Source: a virus (Duplodnaviria > Caudoviricetes). From it: a stretch of 64,000 bases of DNA. The first letter of the stretch is position 1. Each line of letters opens with the position of its first letter. A model generated the notes under the pieces. It was not told the origin of the DNA. It did no database searches and worked only from the letters and a program-made list of their open reading frames with translations. The position numbers and the translations under genes were made by a program. The stretch covers positions 1-64,000 of IMG/VR virus record IMGVR_UViG_3300036546_000172. One strand, written 5' to 3'. Below are positions 8,806 through 17,848 of the stretch, piece after piece.

Positions 8806-9741
8806 ATGGCTACGTTTCAACAACACATACAATATCTAGTCAAACACAGTCTTGCTAGGACTAATAGATTCCAGGTCATCATACCTTTGCCTGATGCTCT
8901 TCTGCCTGAGGTCTCCAATACTGCCCAGGAAAAGACGTCAACATTCTTTGGGTCGGATACAATAAAACTCATTAAGTCTTTTCTAGGCGGAGGCACAGAA
9001 ATTACACGCGGTCTTGACATAATGGTTGAATCTACTGACATTCCCGGTAAGAATTTGACAACAACAGAAATCAAATACAATGGTGATTTCTATAAAGTGC
9101 CCTACGCTGTTGTCTATGAAACACAGCAAATTATGTTTAAATGTTCTAGAGATATGTATGAAAAGAATATTATTGATGATTGGATGAATTTGATTTTTGA
9201 TCCGACAACACATGAAGTTGCATACATGGATGACTATGCAACCAACATTATCATAAACCAGCTGAATGAGCAGGATGAGATTGTCTATTCTATTATTTTG
9301 AAAGATGCGTTTCCGACTATGTGCGCACCAATGACAGTTTCAAACGAAGATAGAGACACGTATGCTAGATTACAATGTCAGTTTATGTATAGACGGTGGA
9401 TCAGAGCTGAAGAAAATGTTAATAACGGTAATGGAGTATCTAGCTTAACACAGACACCATTTGGTCCGATTGTTGCTCCATTCCTATCAAATCCGGCGGT
9501 TCAAAGAGCACTGGATACAGTGGAGAATCAAACAGGATTGGATCTCGAGGGGGAAGCGGTAAATATATATAATGGTATTGATGAAGTTGTTAGAAATACA
9601 ACTGGGTCATCGGTTAATAGGTCCGCCTCTGTCTTGGAGGGGATGAAAGCCCAAATAGGCACGAACGGTAAGATTTCCAATGATCAGAAAGGAAAGCTTA
9701 TTGGAAAAGTTGATGATATTTTATCTAATCTACGGAGTTAA
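8806..9741 (+). CDS. gp54: Baseplate tail-tube initiator (gp54/gp19 fold)
   Basis: LARTNRFQV, IPGKNLTT, DAFPT, FMYRRW; precedes gp26. Confidence 0.8.
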   Translation: MATFQQHIQYLVKHSLARTNRFQVIIPLPDALLPEVSNTAQEKTSTFFGSDTIKLIKSFLGGGTEITRGLDIMVESTDIPGKNLTTTEIKYNGDFYKVPYAVVYETQQIMFKCSRDMYEKNIIDDWMNLIFDPTTHEVAYMDDYATNIIINQLNEQDEIVYSIILKDAFPTMCAPMTVSNEDRDTYARLQCQFMYRRWIRAEENVNNGNGVSSLTQTPFGPIVAPFLSNPAVQRALDTVENQTGLDLEGEAVNIYNGIDEVVRNTTGSSVNRSASVLEGMKAQIGTNGKISNDQKGKLIGKVDDILSNLRS

Positions 9742-9744
9742 TGT

Positions 9745-10437
9745 ATGTCAGGATTACCAAAGCTAGACTTGCCTCGTTACAAGCACAAGTTAGTCGGACT
9801 TAATAAAGAAGTCAAATATCGAGGCTTCACAACTAAAGAACAAAAAATTCTTCTTGGTGCAAAAGAAGAAGACTCTGCAGATCAAATGCTTGAGGCAATT
9901 AAACAAATTATAGAGAATTGCACATTCGGTGACATCGATGTTGATACTCTACCATACTTTGATCTCGAAGATTTGTTTCTTAGAATCAGAGAAAAGTCTG
10001 TGTCTGATGTTGTCGAACTTGCATATAATGTTAAAGATAAAGATGGTGCTCATCTAGAACAAATTCATCTATCAGTTGATTTAAAAGAAGTCAAAGTTAA
10101 AACCAATCCAGATCACAAAGACAAGATTCAATTATCTGATCAGATTGGTATCAAGATGAAATATCCAACCGTTGATATGCTCAAACATGTTGGTGATGAA
10201 ATGGCTATGCTTGAATCATGTATCGACTGTATCTTTACCGAAGATGAAGTCTTCTATGTCAAAGACTACTCAAGAGAAGACTATGAAGAATTCATTGATT
10301 CACTGGATGTTGCTGCACTAAAGAAAATTAAAACATTCTTTGATACTATGCCGAGACTGAGGCATGAAGAGACAATCAATCTGAAAGATGGTACGACTGA
10401 GACTATTAAATTCGAGGGCCTTCAAGATTTTTTTTAA
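9745..10437 (+). CDS. gp26: Baseplate hub assembly protein
   Basis: LPKLDLPRY, FTTKEQKILL, FDLEDLFLRIREKSV, MKYPT, FFDTMP, EGLQDFF. Confidence 0.9.
   Translation: MSGLPKLDLPRYKHKLVGLNKEVKYRGFTTKEQKILLGAKEEDSADQMLEAIKQIIENCTFGDIDVDTLPYFDLEDLFLRIREKSVSDVVELAYNVKDKDGAHLEQIHLSVDLKEVKVKTNPDHKDKIQLSDQIGIKMKYPTVDMLKHVGDEMAMLESCIDCIFTEDEVFYVKDYSREDYEEFIDSLDVAALKKIKTFFDTMPRLRHEETINLKDGTTETIKFEGLQDFF
10414..10435 (+). other. Candidate -1 frameshift signal (GAGGG plus T TTT TTT)
   Basis: T8 run 10428-10435 at the gp26 end; the -1 frame is open into gp51. Confidence 0.55.
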
Positions 10438-10634
10438 TGTGTCTTAGTCATGAGAGTCTGACATCATATCACAAAAACAACCATCGGTTGTTGTTTAGAC
10501 TCAAAGGTGAATTTGAACAGTTAGTCACATTAACAGAACTTGAAAATATGCTGCCGTATGAAAGAACTCTTTACTTTATCCTGGTACATCAAAGAATACA
10601 AGAACGAGAACAACAAAAAGGTATGAACAAATGA
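10437..10634 (+). CDS. gp51: Baseplate hub assembly catalyst
   Basis: SLTSYHKNN...LTELENMLPYERTLY. Confidence 0.85.
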   Translation: MCLSHESLTSYHKNNHRLLFRLKGEFEQLVTLTELENMLPYERTLYFILVHQRIQEREQQKGMNK

Positions 10635-12385
10635 GTTCTAATCTAAAAAGAACTTTGATGGATGTCAGAAAAATGAGACGTGCGGTCAGAATGCGACAGC
10701 AAACTGATCCTGAGGTTGTTTCTAAAACCCTAGAGACAATACTTCACGAGGCAATTGCTCTATCTACTTCGGGAGATGGGGCAATGTCTAAGGCAGCTAT
10801 TAAAGAGCTTCGTCAAGTCAGAAAATCAATGCTGGCTGGACAGGTTGATGCTGGTCAAAATACCGCGGCTTATATCGGTTCATTTTCTGCTGTACTAGAT
10901 CAAATTGATGACGTGTCCAAAGAAGCTCAGGATTCAGCAAAAGAAGAAAGAACAGAATACAGATCAACACTGATGGAGAATTTACCGTCAAGTGATACTG
11001 TGATCTCTGCTATCATGACAGCGAACCCTTTGTTAGGTTATTCGATCAAAATTGGTCGTGACTTGATGACATCATCAAAAAGAGCCAACGAAGAAAAGAA
11101 ACAAAGAGACAAGCTTGAGGCTCAAAAGAGAAAAGAAAGATTAGAGCAACAAGAACAGCTTCTTCTTGAGCAGCTCAAAACAGACGAGATGCAAAAGGAG
11201 AATGCAACTGAAGAGCATAAACAGCTTACACAAAGGCGTCGTGGTATCTACAGGCAGGTACTTGAAGAGATTAGAGACGAGTTAAAAAGATTAGATCATA
11301 AGCTTTCAGGGGAACAAGCAATTGAAACATCTGAAGGTGAGCAACTTCTTCTCGAAAGGCTAGACTCTAATAATGATACTCTGATTTCTTCTTTGGAATC
11401 AAACACAGAATCCACCAATACTCAATTAGAAAAGATTGATGATACAAATAACAAGGAACTTCAGTTTATCAAAGATGAATCAGCATTTGGTGGTCTCACA
11501 TCAGCTGAAAATGTCTATGAGAACAAGGATGCCACATTTGGTAGTGGAATGTCGCTTGAGAAGGCTCCAGGTAAAGGTGGTGGGTTTCTTTCTAATATGA
11601 TGGGCGGTTTAATGGGCCTAGGAACATCGCTTATGTCACCGTTTGTAGGCCTTCTAGGCTTTCTAAAAACCGCTGGTACTATGCTACTAAAATTCGGAAA
11701 GTTTGGTGTTGTTCTAGCTGCATTTAAAGGTATCTATGATTTTGTTGATGGTATCTTTCGGGCAAATGAGATCTTAGGTGAGACTGATATTGATTGGAAA
11801 GACAGACTCAAAGTGGGTCTTGGTAATGTCCTGTCTGGTCTATTGGAACCAATTAACTGGTTGACCAAAAACTTATTTGATATGGATCTGATGGGTGATA
11901 AAGACCGTGATGACATGACAAGACAGTATTTTGAATTCTTTGACAACTTTACTGAGAACATTATTGGGATGGCAAAATGGATCTGGGATAGTATTTCTGG
12001 GTGGCTTGAAGAAAGGATTGACGGGCTAATTGAAGATATTAAGCCAGACTGGTGGCCTAGTGACAAGACTGATGAAGAACAGGCCATGGACATTGAGGAG
12101 AATGCTAAAAACTCCGTACGAATCTTTAGACCAAATAATGTCTCCCTTGAGGAGGTTGTTAATCCTACCGGAGCTGTCAATAGAATTTCTGATGATATTA
12201 AACAGACCGAGGATAAAGCGATGACACAGCTTGGTCGTAGTGGTGGTTCTGGTGCTACAGTTGTTGCTCCATCTAGTAATCAAACCAATGTGAATAATCA
12301 CCAATATAATGGAAGTTCTTCCAGTGAAAGCAAAGAACCTACACATCGTAGGTTCTCTGATAAAAACTCTGTTTTGGCTTGGTAA
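10631..12385 (+). CDS. gp29: Baseplate hub/tape measure protein
   Basis: 584 aa; coiled coil plus Gly-rich hydrophobic block plus VVAPSSNQTNVNN tail; follows gp26/gp51. Confidence 0.7.
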   Translation: MSSNLKRTLMDVRKMRRAVRMRQQTDPEVVSKTLETILHEAIALSTSGDGAMSKAAIKELRQVRKSMLAGQVDAGQNTAAYIGSFSAVLDQIDDVSKEAQDSAKEERTEYRSTLMENLPSSDTVISAIMTANPLLGYSIKIGRDLMTSSKRANEEKKQRDKLEAQKRKERLEQQEQLLLEQLKTDEMQKENATEEHKQLTQRRRGIYRQVLEEIRDELKRLDHKLSGEQAIETSEGEQLLLERLDSNNDTLISSLESNTESTNTQLEKIDDTNNKELQFIKDESAFGGLTSAENVYENKDATFGSGMSLEKAPGKGGGFLSNMMGGLMGLGTSLMSPFVGLLGFLKTAGTMLLKFGKFGVVLAAFKGIYDFVDGIFRANEILGETDIDWKDRLKVGLGNVLSGLLEPINWLTKNLFDMDLMGDKDRDDMTRQYFEFFDNFTENIIGMAKWIWDSISGWLEERIDGLIEDIKPDWWPSDKTDEEQAMDIEENAKNSVRIFRPNNVSLEEVVNPTGAVNRISDDIKQTEDKAMTQLGRSGGSGATVVAPSSNQTNVNNHQYNGSSSSESKEPTHRRFSDKNSVLAW

Positions 12386-12405
12386 GCTGATGGAAGAGAT
12401 GAATA

Positions 12406-12906
12406 TTAATTCCAGTTGTTCATCTCTTCCAAAAGTTCATCACTTAGCCCATCAAGCTTTTTGATTTTGTTTTCAATTGACAAATAAGCCATGGTAGACT
12501 TGGCCAGGTCGTCTCCCTCTTTACCTTTCATCATGCGCAGCAGGCGATCCGTACTGTCGGCATTCTTGTTATTGACAATTATACGAATGCGCTCGAACCG
12601 CTGAGCAATAGATACACGACGACGTTTTTCTTCAGCTTGAGCCTCAACTCTTTTCATAAATGCATCATGATCAGGATCACGCTCCCAGTAAGTTTCAATC
12701 TTCTTACTGGTATGCTTCTCTACACGAACAACACCCTCGTCGTCACACTCAAAGAAGAAGTTGTAACTGTTGTTGAACATAGAGCCATTGACAACAAACA
12801 CCTTTCCATCGCCGCAGTGGTCCAAAAGAAAAGAAGCCTGCTTTTCTGATTTGAAATAGCCGTTGTTGGTTTTGAGGAGAGAGAAGAAAGATCTGGCGAT
12901 TGTCAT
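12406..12906 (-). CDS. Hypothetical early protein (likely start MTIARS)
   Basis: AGGAG RBS and a sigma70 promoter upstream. Confidence 0.75.
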   Translation of the reverse strand: MTIARSFFSLLKTNNGYFKSEKQASFLLDHCGDGKVFVVNGSMFNNSYNFFFECDDEGVVRVEKHTSKKIETYWERDPDHDAFMKRVEAQAEEKRRRVSIAQRFERIRIIVNNKNADSTDRLLRMMKGKEGDDLAKSTMAYLSIENKIKKLDGLSDELLEEMNNWN

Positions 12907-12943
12907 AATGTAGACTCCTAGTGAGTGATCAAACCATACACAT

Positions 12944-12972
12944 ATTATATGGTCGATCACCCCTGAGGTCAA
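12944..12972 (-). promoter_or_regulatory. sigma70-type early promoter TTGACC-N17-TATAAT
   Basis: -35 at 12967-12972, -10 at 12944-12949. Confidence 0.85.
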
Positions 12973-13212
12973 CTAGGATAGCAGACGAGACAGCTCGGTA
13001 TATCCTCCGATATGCTCACCGAAACCGTCATCCATACGAATGATCTGTGGCACGGTGCGAGTTGAAACGCCGATCTTCTCCTGCATTTCAGCCAGATCTT
13101 CCTTAGATCTCAGCTCTTTGTATTCATAAGCTACACCGGTGCGTTCACATAGTTCTTTGGCTCGAACACAGAAGCTGCAGTTGGCGGTTCCGTAGATGAT
13201 GTACTTAGACAT
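12973..13212 (-). CDS. nrdC: Glutaredoxin (start MSKYIIYG)
   Basis: CSFC, RTVPQI, HIGGYTEL. Confidence 0.92.
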   Translation of the reverse strand: MSKYIIYGTANCSFCVRAKELCERTGVAYEYKELRSKEDLAEMQEKIGVSTRTVPQIIRMDDGFGEHIGGYTELSRLLS

Positions 13213-13222
13213 TAGTTTCTCC

Positions 13223-13447
13223 TTAGAACGATTCAGGTTTAGCAATAGAGCGTACAGCAGCCATAATACCTTGCTGTAGATGAGTCTCTGCAATGTCAAC
13301 CCATCGTTGATCGAGATCACTATTATCGCGTAACTCCTCAATCAGCAGTCTCAGTCTCTCTCCCTCAGCCTTAACAGCATTCATAGCATCGATCTCTTCC
13401 TGTGAGAGATCACGATACCCTTTGATCTTCTTGTGTTGATTATCCAT
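13223..13447 (-). CDS. acb2: Anti-CBASS cyclic-oligonucleotide sponge Acb2 (start MDNQHKK)
   Basis: MDNQHKKIKGYRDLSQEEID.MN...RW..IA.T.LQ.G.MA.VR.IA.P.SF matches Acb2/Vs.4 as I recall it. Confidence 0.9.
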   Translation of the reverse strand: MDNQHKKIKGYRDLSQEEIDAMNAVKAEGERLRLLIEELRDNSDLDQRWVDIAETHLQQGIMAAVRSIAKPESF

Positions 13448-13746
13448 TATTTCTCCTCGCTTAGACAACGACGACACAGACAAGATGTCTGATCTGGTTT
13501 GATTTCTCTGGGTGAAACAGACATGCACCAACAAGCCGAGCCAGACTTGCCATCCTCCATAGCACAATAAGCCATGCCCTGACATTTAGGACAGGTGTGA
13601 GTGGATACCTGATTCTTCAATTGATTCATGACTTCCATTCTATGATCGCTATTCATTAATGACCACCGTCTAATTTCATCCAGAGTTCTGTTGCAGCTTG
13701 AGCACATATTATTACTCAAGCTGCATTTCTTGATACAAGGTGTCAG
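13447..13746 (-). CDS. DUF1289-like Cys-rich protein fused to a CWC domain (probable CTG start at 13746)
   Basis: PCIKKC...CSSCNRTLDEIRRW; CPKC, CWC, CLCRRC. Confidence 0.75.
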   Translation of the reverse strand: MTPCIKKCSLSNNMCSSCNRTLDEIRRWSLMNSDHRMEVMNQLKNQVSTHTCPKCQGMAYCAMEDGKSGSACWCMSVSPREIKPDQTSCLCRRCLSEEK

Positions 13747-16019
13747 AAGTTTACCTCGCAGGCACCACCGGAGCAGGCCTGAGCTCCCATGGTAGCTACT
13801 TCTACGAACGTTTTCTCGTCCAGAACAGTTGAGAAGTCAATGTCTTGGATGGTGCGTTCGATGGTCTTCCATTTGTGGAAGTTGTAGCAATCTTTGAGAC
13901 AGTCGGTCATCAGTCGAACACGATTGTAATATTCAACCACCTCACTGGCGTTATCCAGGTTGTACTCACGATCCATAAAGTAGTTGTGCGCAAACTTCTC
14001 AGCACGACGTACCCAATCACGCTTCAACAAATCTTCAGATGACTCAGGGTCCAGTGTTTCACCGAATCCAAGCAGAGTATCACAAGCCGTCCACAGATTG
14101 TTATTGAAAGCCTTAAGACCATCTACAATCAGACCCGAGGCGAACATAGAAGCTTCACCGTACTTCTCCATGATATGCTTACCATCGAACACTTCAGTGA
14201 ATGGCGCCTGAGGATAGGCTTTGTCACCATAAGCAGATAGCAGACTGATTCCAGCAAAGTAATTTCGATTGTCAAAGATGTATTGCTCAACTTCGTCCCA
14301 GTCATCTACTGTGATCGTATTAGATACATTATTTCTCAATGTAGGATCAGTACAGAGTTCTACATTAGTACCACAGTTCACCCAGAATTGCTGAGCCTTC
14401 TTCACATATTCCAGTTGCTTGACACCCATCAGATCCTGTTTGTAGATAGAACCTTCAGGAGTGATCACTGGGAATGATACGACATAATCTGTGCCGTTAT
14501 TACTCCATACAGACTTTTCTACCAGCTTTGGATTCTGCTCTCTGATCACCTTAAGCACATCGTCTTGTTCATTCATCTGAACATTGCGGAAATACATAGG
14601 TGCATGCTCACCGTGAATACCTGATGCTGTGCCTAAAATTACACTCGCATTTCCTGCGGGTTTCGAGCAAGTTGTGCGCGCGGCGGGGTTGATTCCAATG
14701 AGCTCAGTTGTAATCCTGTTCCACTTCTTCACTTCTTCAGCACCGTCAATCATGTTCTGCTCATCAAACAACACATCTGGATTGTTCATCCACCCGGTGA
14801 TCGAGACTCCAATCAGAGCTTCACGTTCGGTTATACTTCTAGTGGCATCAGTTAGGTACTTGAAGTTGGTATAGCCTGCTTGAAGTGTGCCTAGAATGGA
14901 ACCTGCCTTGGCAGCAATCATCAGATCTTCTTTGGTATTACAAAGACCTCCATTAATCTCGCTTAGGTTACAGAACTGAAAACCAGATTCACCAGTCTCT
15001 TCGACGACAGGAAGCATGGAAATTTCTACACAAGGGTTGAAGATGTGCTCCAGACTCTCAGTAAAGATGAAACCAGGCTCACCTACCTGCTTCACCGACT
15101 CCATGATATGAGCCCATTCCTCGCGTGTAACCTCGTCACGCTTCAACAGGACTGAGTTGTTAGAGCGACCGCGCTGTGGGTTACTGACGAACCAATCGCC
15201 GGTTTTAGCATTCAACATCTCTTCATCATCCTTAGAAAAGACGCAGATAGTAGCTGACCGACGAACGCCCCCGGACAATACAGCATCAGCCATGTGCATG
15301 GTGAAGTCATAGGCTACAATGGGGCGAATGTTGATGCAGTCTTTAACATCACTCACCTCACGGTCTAACAAGTCTTCACAGTGATTCAACGCATTACGCA
15401 GACCATCAGGACCCGGTGCTTTGAAGCCACCGGAGATATAAGCTCCTTTGGGTCGGATCTTGCTGAAGTCAAAGCGAACCTGACATCCTTCATATTCAGG
15501 GAATGCACCGCCCCCAACCATGTACGAACTCATCAAGACACCAAATGCATCAGACCATCCCTCAATAGTGTCTGGAATGACAAACACTTTGGATTTCTTA
15601 GCATATCGGTGCTTAATAGGAGGTAGTTTGGCAATGTGGTGATGCTGTACAGAGAAGCCTACACCACAGCCACACAAAAGCAGATACATACACTCTTGGA
15701 AGAATCGAGGACGATCCACGTAAGAGGTAGAACAATTGTATAAACGCGCCTCGTGTTTGAAGATTTGATCACCTCCGAACTGAAGCGCACGCTGAGCTCC
15801 CAATACCCTTTTGCTCTTGTATGCATCAGAGGCAAACGTGATCAGAGCTTCAAGCTCATCTGTCATAACATCTTTATACTTTTGACGATGCATGTTCATA
15901 ACACGATCTACAGACTCTTCCCAAGTCTCATATCGCGATTGAACATCATCCCATCGGCTGTACCCCATGTAAAACTTAGACTGAGATAGCATCTTTTTGC
16001 CGGATGAAATATTGCTCAT
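13743..16019 (-). CDS. nrdA: Ribonucleotide reductase catalytic subunit (RTPR/NrdJ-like sequence type)
   Basis: YNCS, GCGVGFS, GGVRRSA, NPCVEI, CNLSE, KPAGNAS, C-terminal CSGGAC. Confidence 0.93.
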   Translation of the reverse strand: MSNISSGKKMLSQSKFYMGYSRWDDVQSRYETWEESVDRVMNMHRQKYKDVMTDELEALITFASDAYKSKRVLGAQRALQFGGDQIFKHEARLYNCSTSYVDRPRFFQECMYLLLCGCGVGFSVQHHHIAKLPPIKHRYAKKSKVFVIPDTIEGWSDAFGVLMSSYMVGGGAFPEYEGCQVRFDFSKIRPKGAYISGGFKAPGPDGLRNALNHCEDLLDREVSDVKDCINIRPIVAYDFTMHMADAVLSGGVRRSATICVFSKDDEEMLNAKTGDWFVSNPQRGRSNNSVLLKRDEVTREEWAHIMESVKQVGEPGFIFTESLEHIFNPCVEISMLPVVEETGESGFQFCNLSEINGGLCNTKEDLMIAAKAGSILGTLQAGYTNFKYLTDATRSITEREALIGVSITGWMNNPDVLFDEQNMIDGAEEVKKWNRITTELIGINPAARTTCSKPAGNASVILGTASGIHGEHAPMYFRNVQMNEQDDVLKVIREQNPKLVEKSVWSNNGTDYVVSFPVITPEGSIYKQDLMGVKQLEYVKKAQQFWVNCGTNVELCTDPTLRNNVSNTITVDDWDEVEQYIFDNRNYFAGISLLSAYGDKAYPQAPFTEVFDGKHIMEKYGEASMFASGLIVDGLKAFNNNLWTACDTLLGFGETLDPESSEDLLKRDWVRRAEKFAHNYFMDREYNLDNASEVVEYYNRVRLMTDCLKDCYNFHKWKTIERTIQDIDFSTVLDEKTFVEVATMGAQACSGGACEVNF

Positions 16020-16029
16020 TAGTTATCCT

Positions 16030-16584
16030 TTAGTTGAAATAGTGTTGAATCCCATAGCACAGCATAGCATGACTGTCTACGATGTCTGAAATAGGGTTGG
16101 AGTCAGATGAGTGATTGAGCACCACGGTGAGATCGACTCCGGTACGACTTACAAAAGAGTCGTGCATTATATCCTTTCCTGCATTACCTTTGCCAGTATA
16201 AAATTTCTTTACACTGTTCGGTGATGGAGTATGGTATTTAATGTGGTTGAGCCACAGCTGGTGCTTCAACAATGCGGTGTTCTCAGCGATGTTGAAAATT
16301 CTTCCTTTGGCTCCCATGGCATACCCCTCAAGACACACTTCCTTCACCTTAAACCTGGTCATAATAGACATAGCCCATTGCGCTATGTTATGAAATCGCT
16401 CCATCTCATGGTCGTATGGGAAGGGCATAATACCATAGATGTTATGTTTATGCTTACCTTCCATCTTTTTCTTGTCCAGGTAGAAGAAAGTGTGACATTT
16501 GGAGAAATCTTCAGATGACCCCACGGTGATGCTTGGACAACTCATGGAGTAATCTATTCCAGCGAACGAATAAGTTTCTATCAT
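16030..16584 (-). CDS. RuvC-like Holliday junction resolvase
   Basis: GIDYS, LEGYA, VKKFYTGKGNAGK, DIVDS. Confidence 0.8.
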   Translation of the reverse strand: MIETYSFAGIDYSMSCPSITVGSSEDFSKCHTFFYLDKKKMEGKHKHNIYGIMPFPYDHEMERFHNIAQWAMSIMTRFKVKEVCLEGYAMGAKGRIFNIAENTALLKHQLWLNHIKYHTPSPNSVKKFYTGKGNAGKDIMHDSFVSRTGVDLTVVLNHSSDSNPISDIVDSHAMLCYGIQHYFN

Positions 16585-16665
16585 AAATTACCTTAAGTAA
16601 ATATGTAAATAAAGTATTCAAAGTCACAACTACTAGCTATTCTAGACACAACGATAGGATAAATT

Positions 16666-17667
16666 ATGTCCAGAGATGATATTTATCACATACTATCGAG
16701 TATTAATCATAATCCTCACTATTTACTTCGTTATATTAAATTCATTCTAAATTGTAAAATAATCAATGAGAATTTAAATGAATTAGAGTACACAGAAAGA
16801 CATCATATTTGCCCTAAATCTAAAGAGTTTTGGCCCGAATATAAGTCTTTTAAACTGCACCCTTGGAATTTAGCTAAGCTTACTCCCAGACAACATTATA
16901 TTGCTCATTGGATGTTAGCTAAAGCATATGGAAGATCCATGTGGTTTGCTTTTCATATGATGCACATGAAAACTGATAACCACGAAAGGACATATGCTAT
17001 AAATTCTTCGAATTATGCTATTATAAAGAAAAAACTTAGTATATGCCAGAGGGAGCGTATACAAAAAGAAGGACATCACTTGAAAGGTAAATCTTTATCT
17101 GATGAACATAAACAAAAAATATCAGACTTATCTAAAGGTGAAAATAATCACTTCTACGGCAAAAAGCACAGCCAAGAAACTAAAGAATTAATAAGTAAAA
17201 AGAATTCTGGTAGATTATCCGGAGAGAATAATCCAATGTATGGAAAGAAAGGAGATTTATGTCCATCTTATGGTATTATTCGATCAGAAGAAACTCGTAA
17301 TAAAATGAGACAAAAAAGAAAAGAAAATTATAAAGAAGTCACATGTCCCCACTGTAAAACCAAAGGCGAAGAAAGAGCTATGAATATGTGGCATTTTGAT
17401 AATTGTGGCAAAACAGATAAAAATAAAGGTTCCAACAACGGAAAAGCAAAAATAATTAATATTTACAATGCATTTGGTTTCTTAATATTTAAATGTCACG
17501 GAAATTTTACAAAAATATGCAAAGAAAATAATATACCAATAACACCAATGGCAAACTCATACAAAAATAATGGCAAGCCTATTATGCTATCTAGTTTATC
17601 TATAAAGAGAGCAATAAAAAAGCAAACCACCCAGTATATCGGGTGGTTTGCATTAGAAGAACATTAG
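16666..17667 (+). mobile_element. Free-standing HNH homing endonuclease with NUMOD3 repeats
   Basis: ERHHICPKS...NL.KLTPRQHYIAH; GENNHFYGKKHSQETK; AT-rich; antisense to flanking genes. Confidence 0.88.
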
Positions 17668-17792
17668 TTTTCTTCCTCGTCTGTATCAGCAAGGATTGCC
17701 TGACAGAAAGGACAGAATGACGGTTGATCTTCCTGTGACACTACAACAAAATGTGCATCACAAGACTCGCATATTACTTCGGTTTTCAGCAT
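17664..17792 (-). CDS. 42-aa zinc-ribbon protein (not in the ORF track)
   Basis: MLKTEVICESCDAHFVVVSQEDQPSFCPFCQAILADTDEEEN; GGAGG RBS. Confidence 0.8.
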   Translation of the reverse strand: MLKTEVICESCDAHFVVVSQEDQPSFCPFCQAILADTDEEEN

Positions 17793-17793
17793 G

Positions 17794-17840
17794 TTACCTC
17801 CAGATAGGTTTGTTGTGCCAACTTACTTATCTGGAGGTAA
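17794..17840. promoter_or_regulatory. 13-bp inverted repeat covering the RBS of the zinc-ribbon gene
   Basis: ttacctccagata 17794-17806 / tatctggaggtaa 17828-17840. Confidence 0.7.
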
Positions 17841-17848
17841 ATTTAAAC

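Noticed and set aside
5803-16019. Introns or inteins in td and the RNR gene (also checked gp17 and topoisomerase)
   Set aside because: ORFs are continuous and of normal length, with no intein-sized inserts
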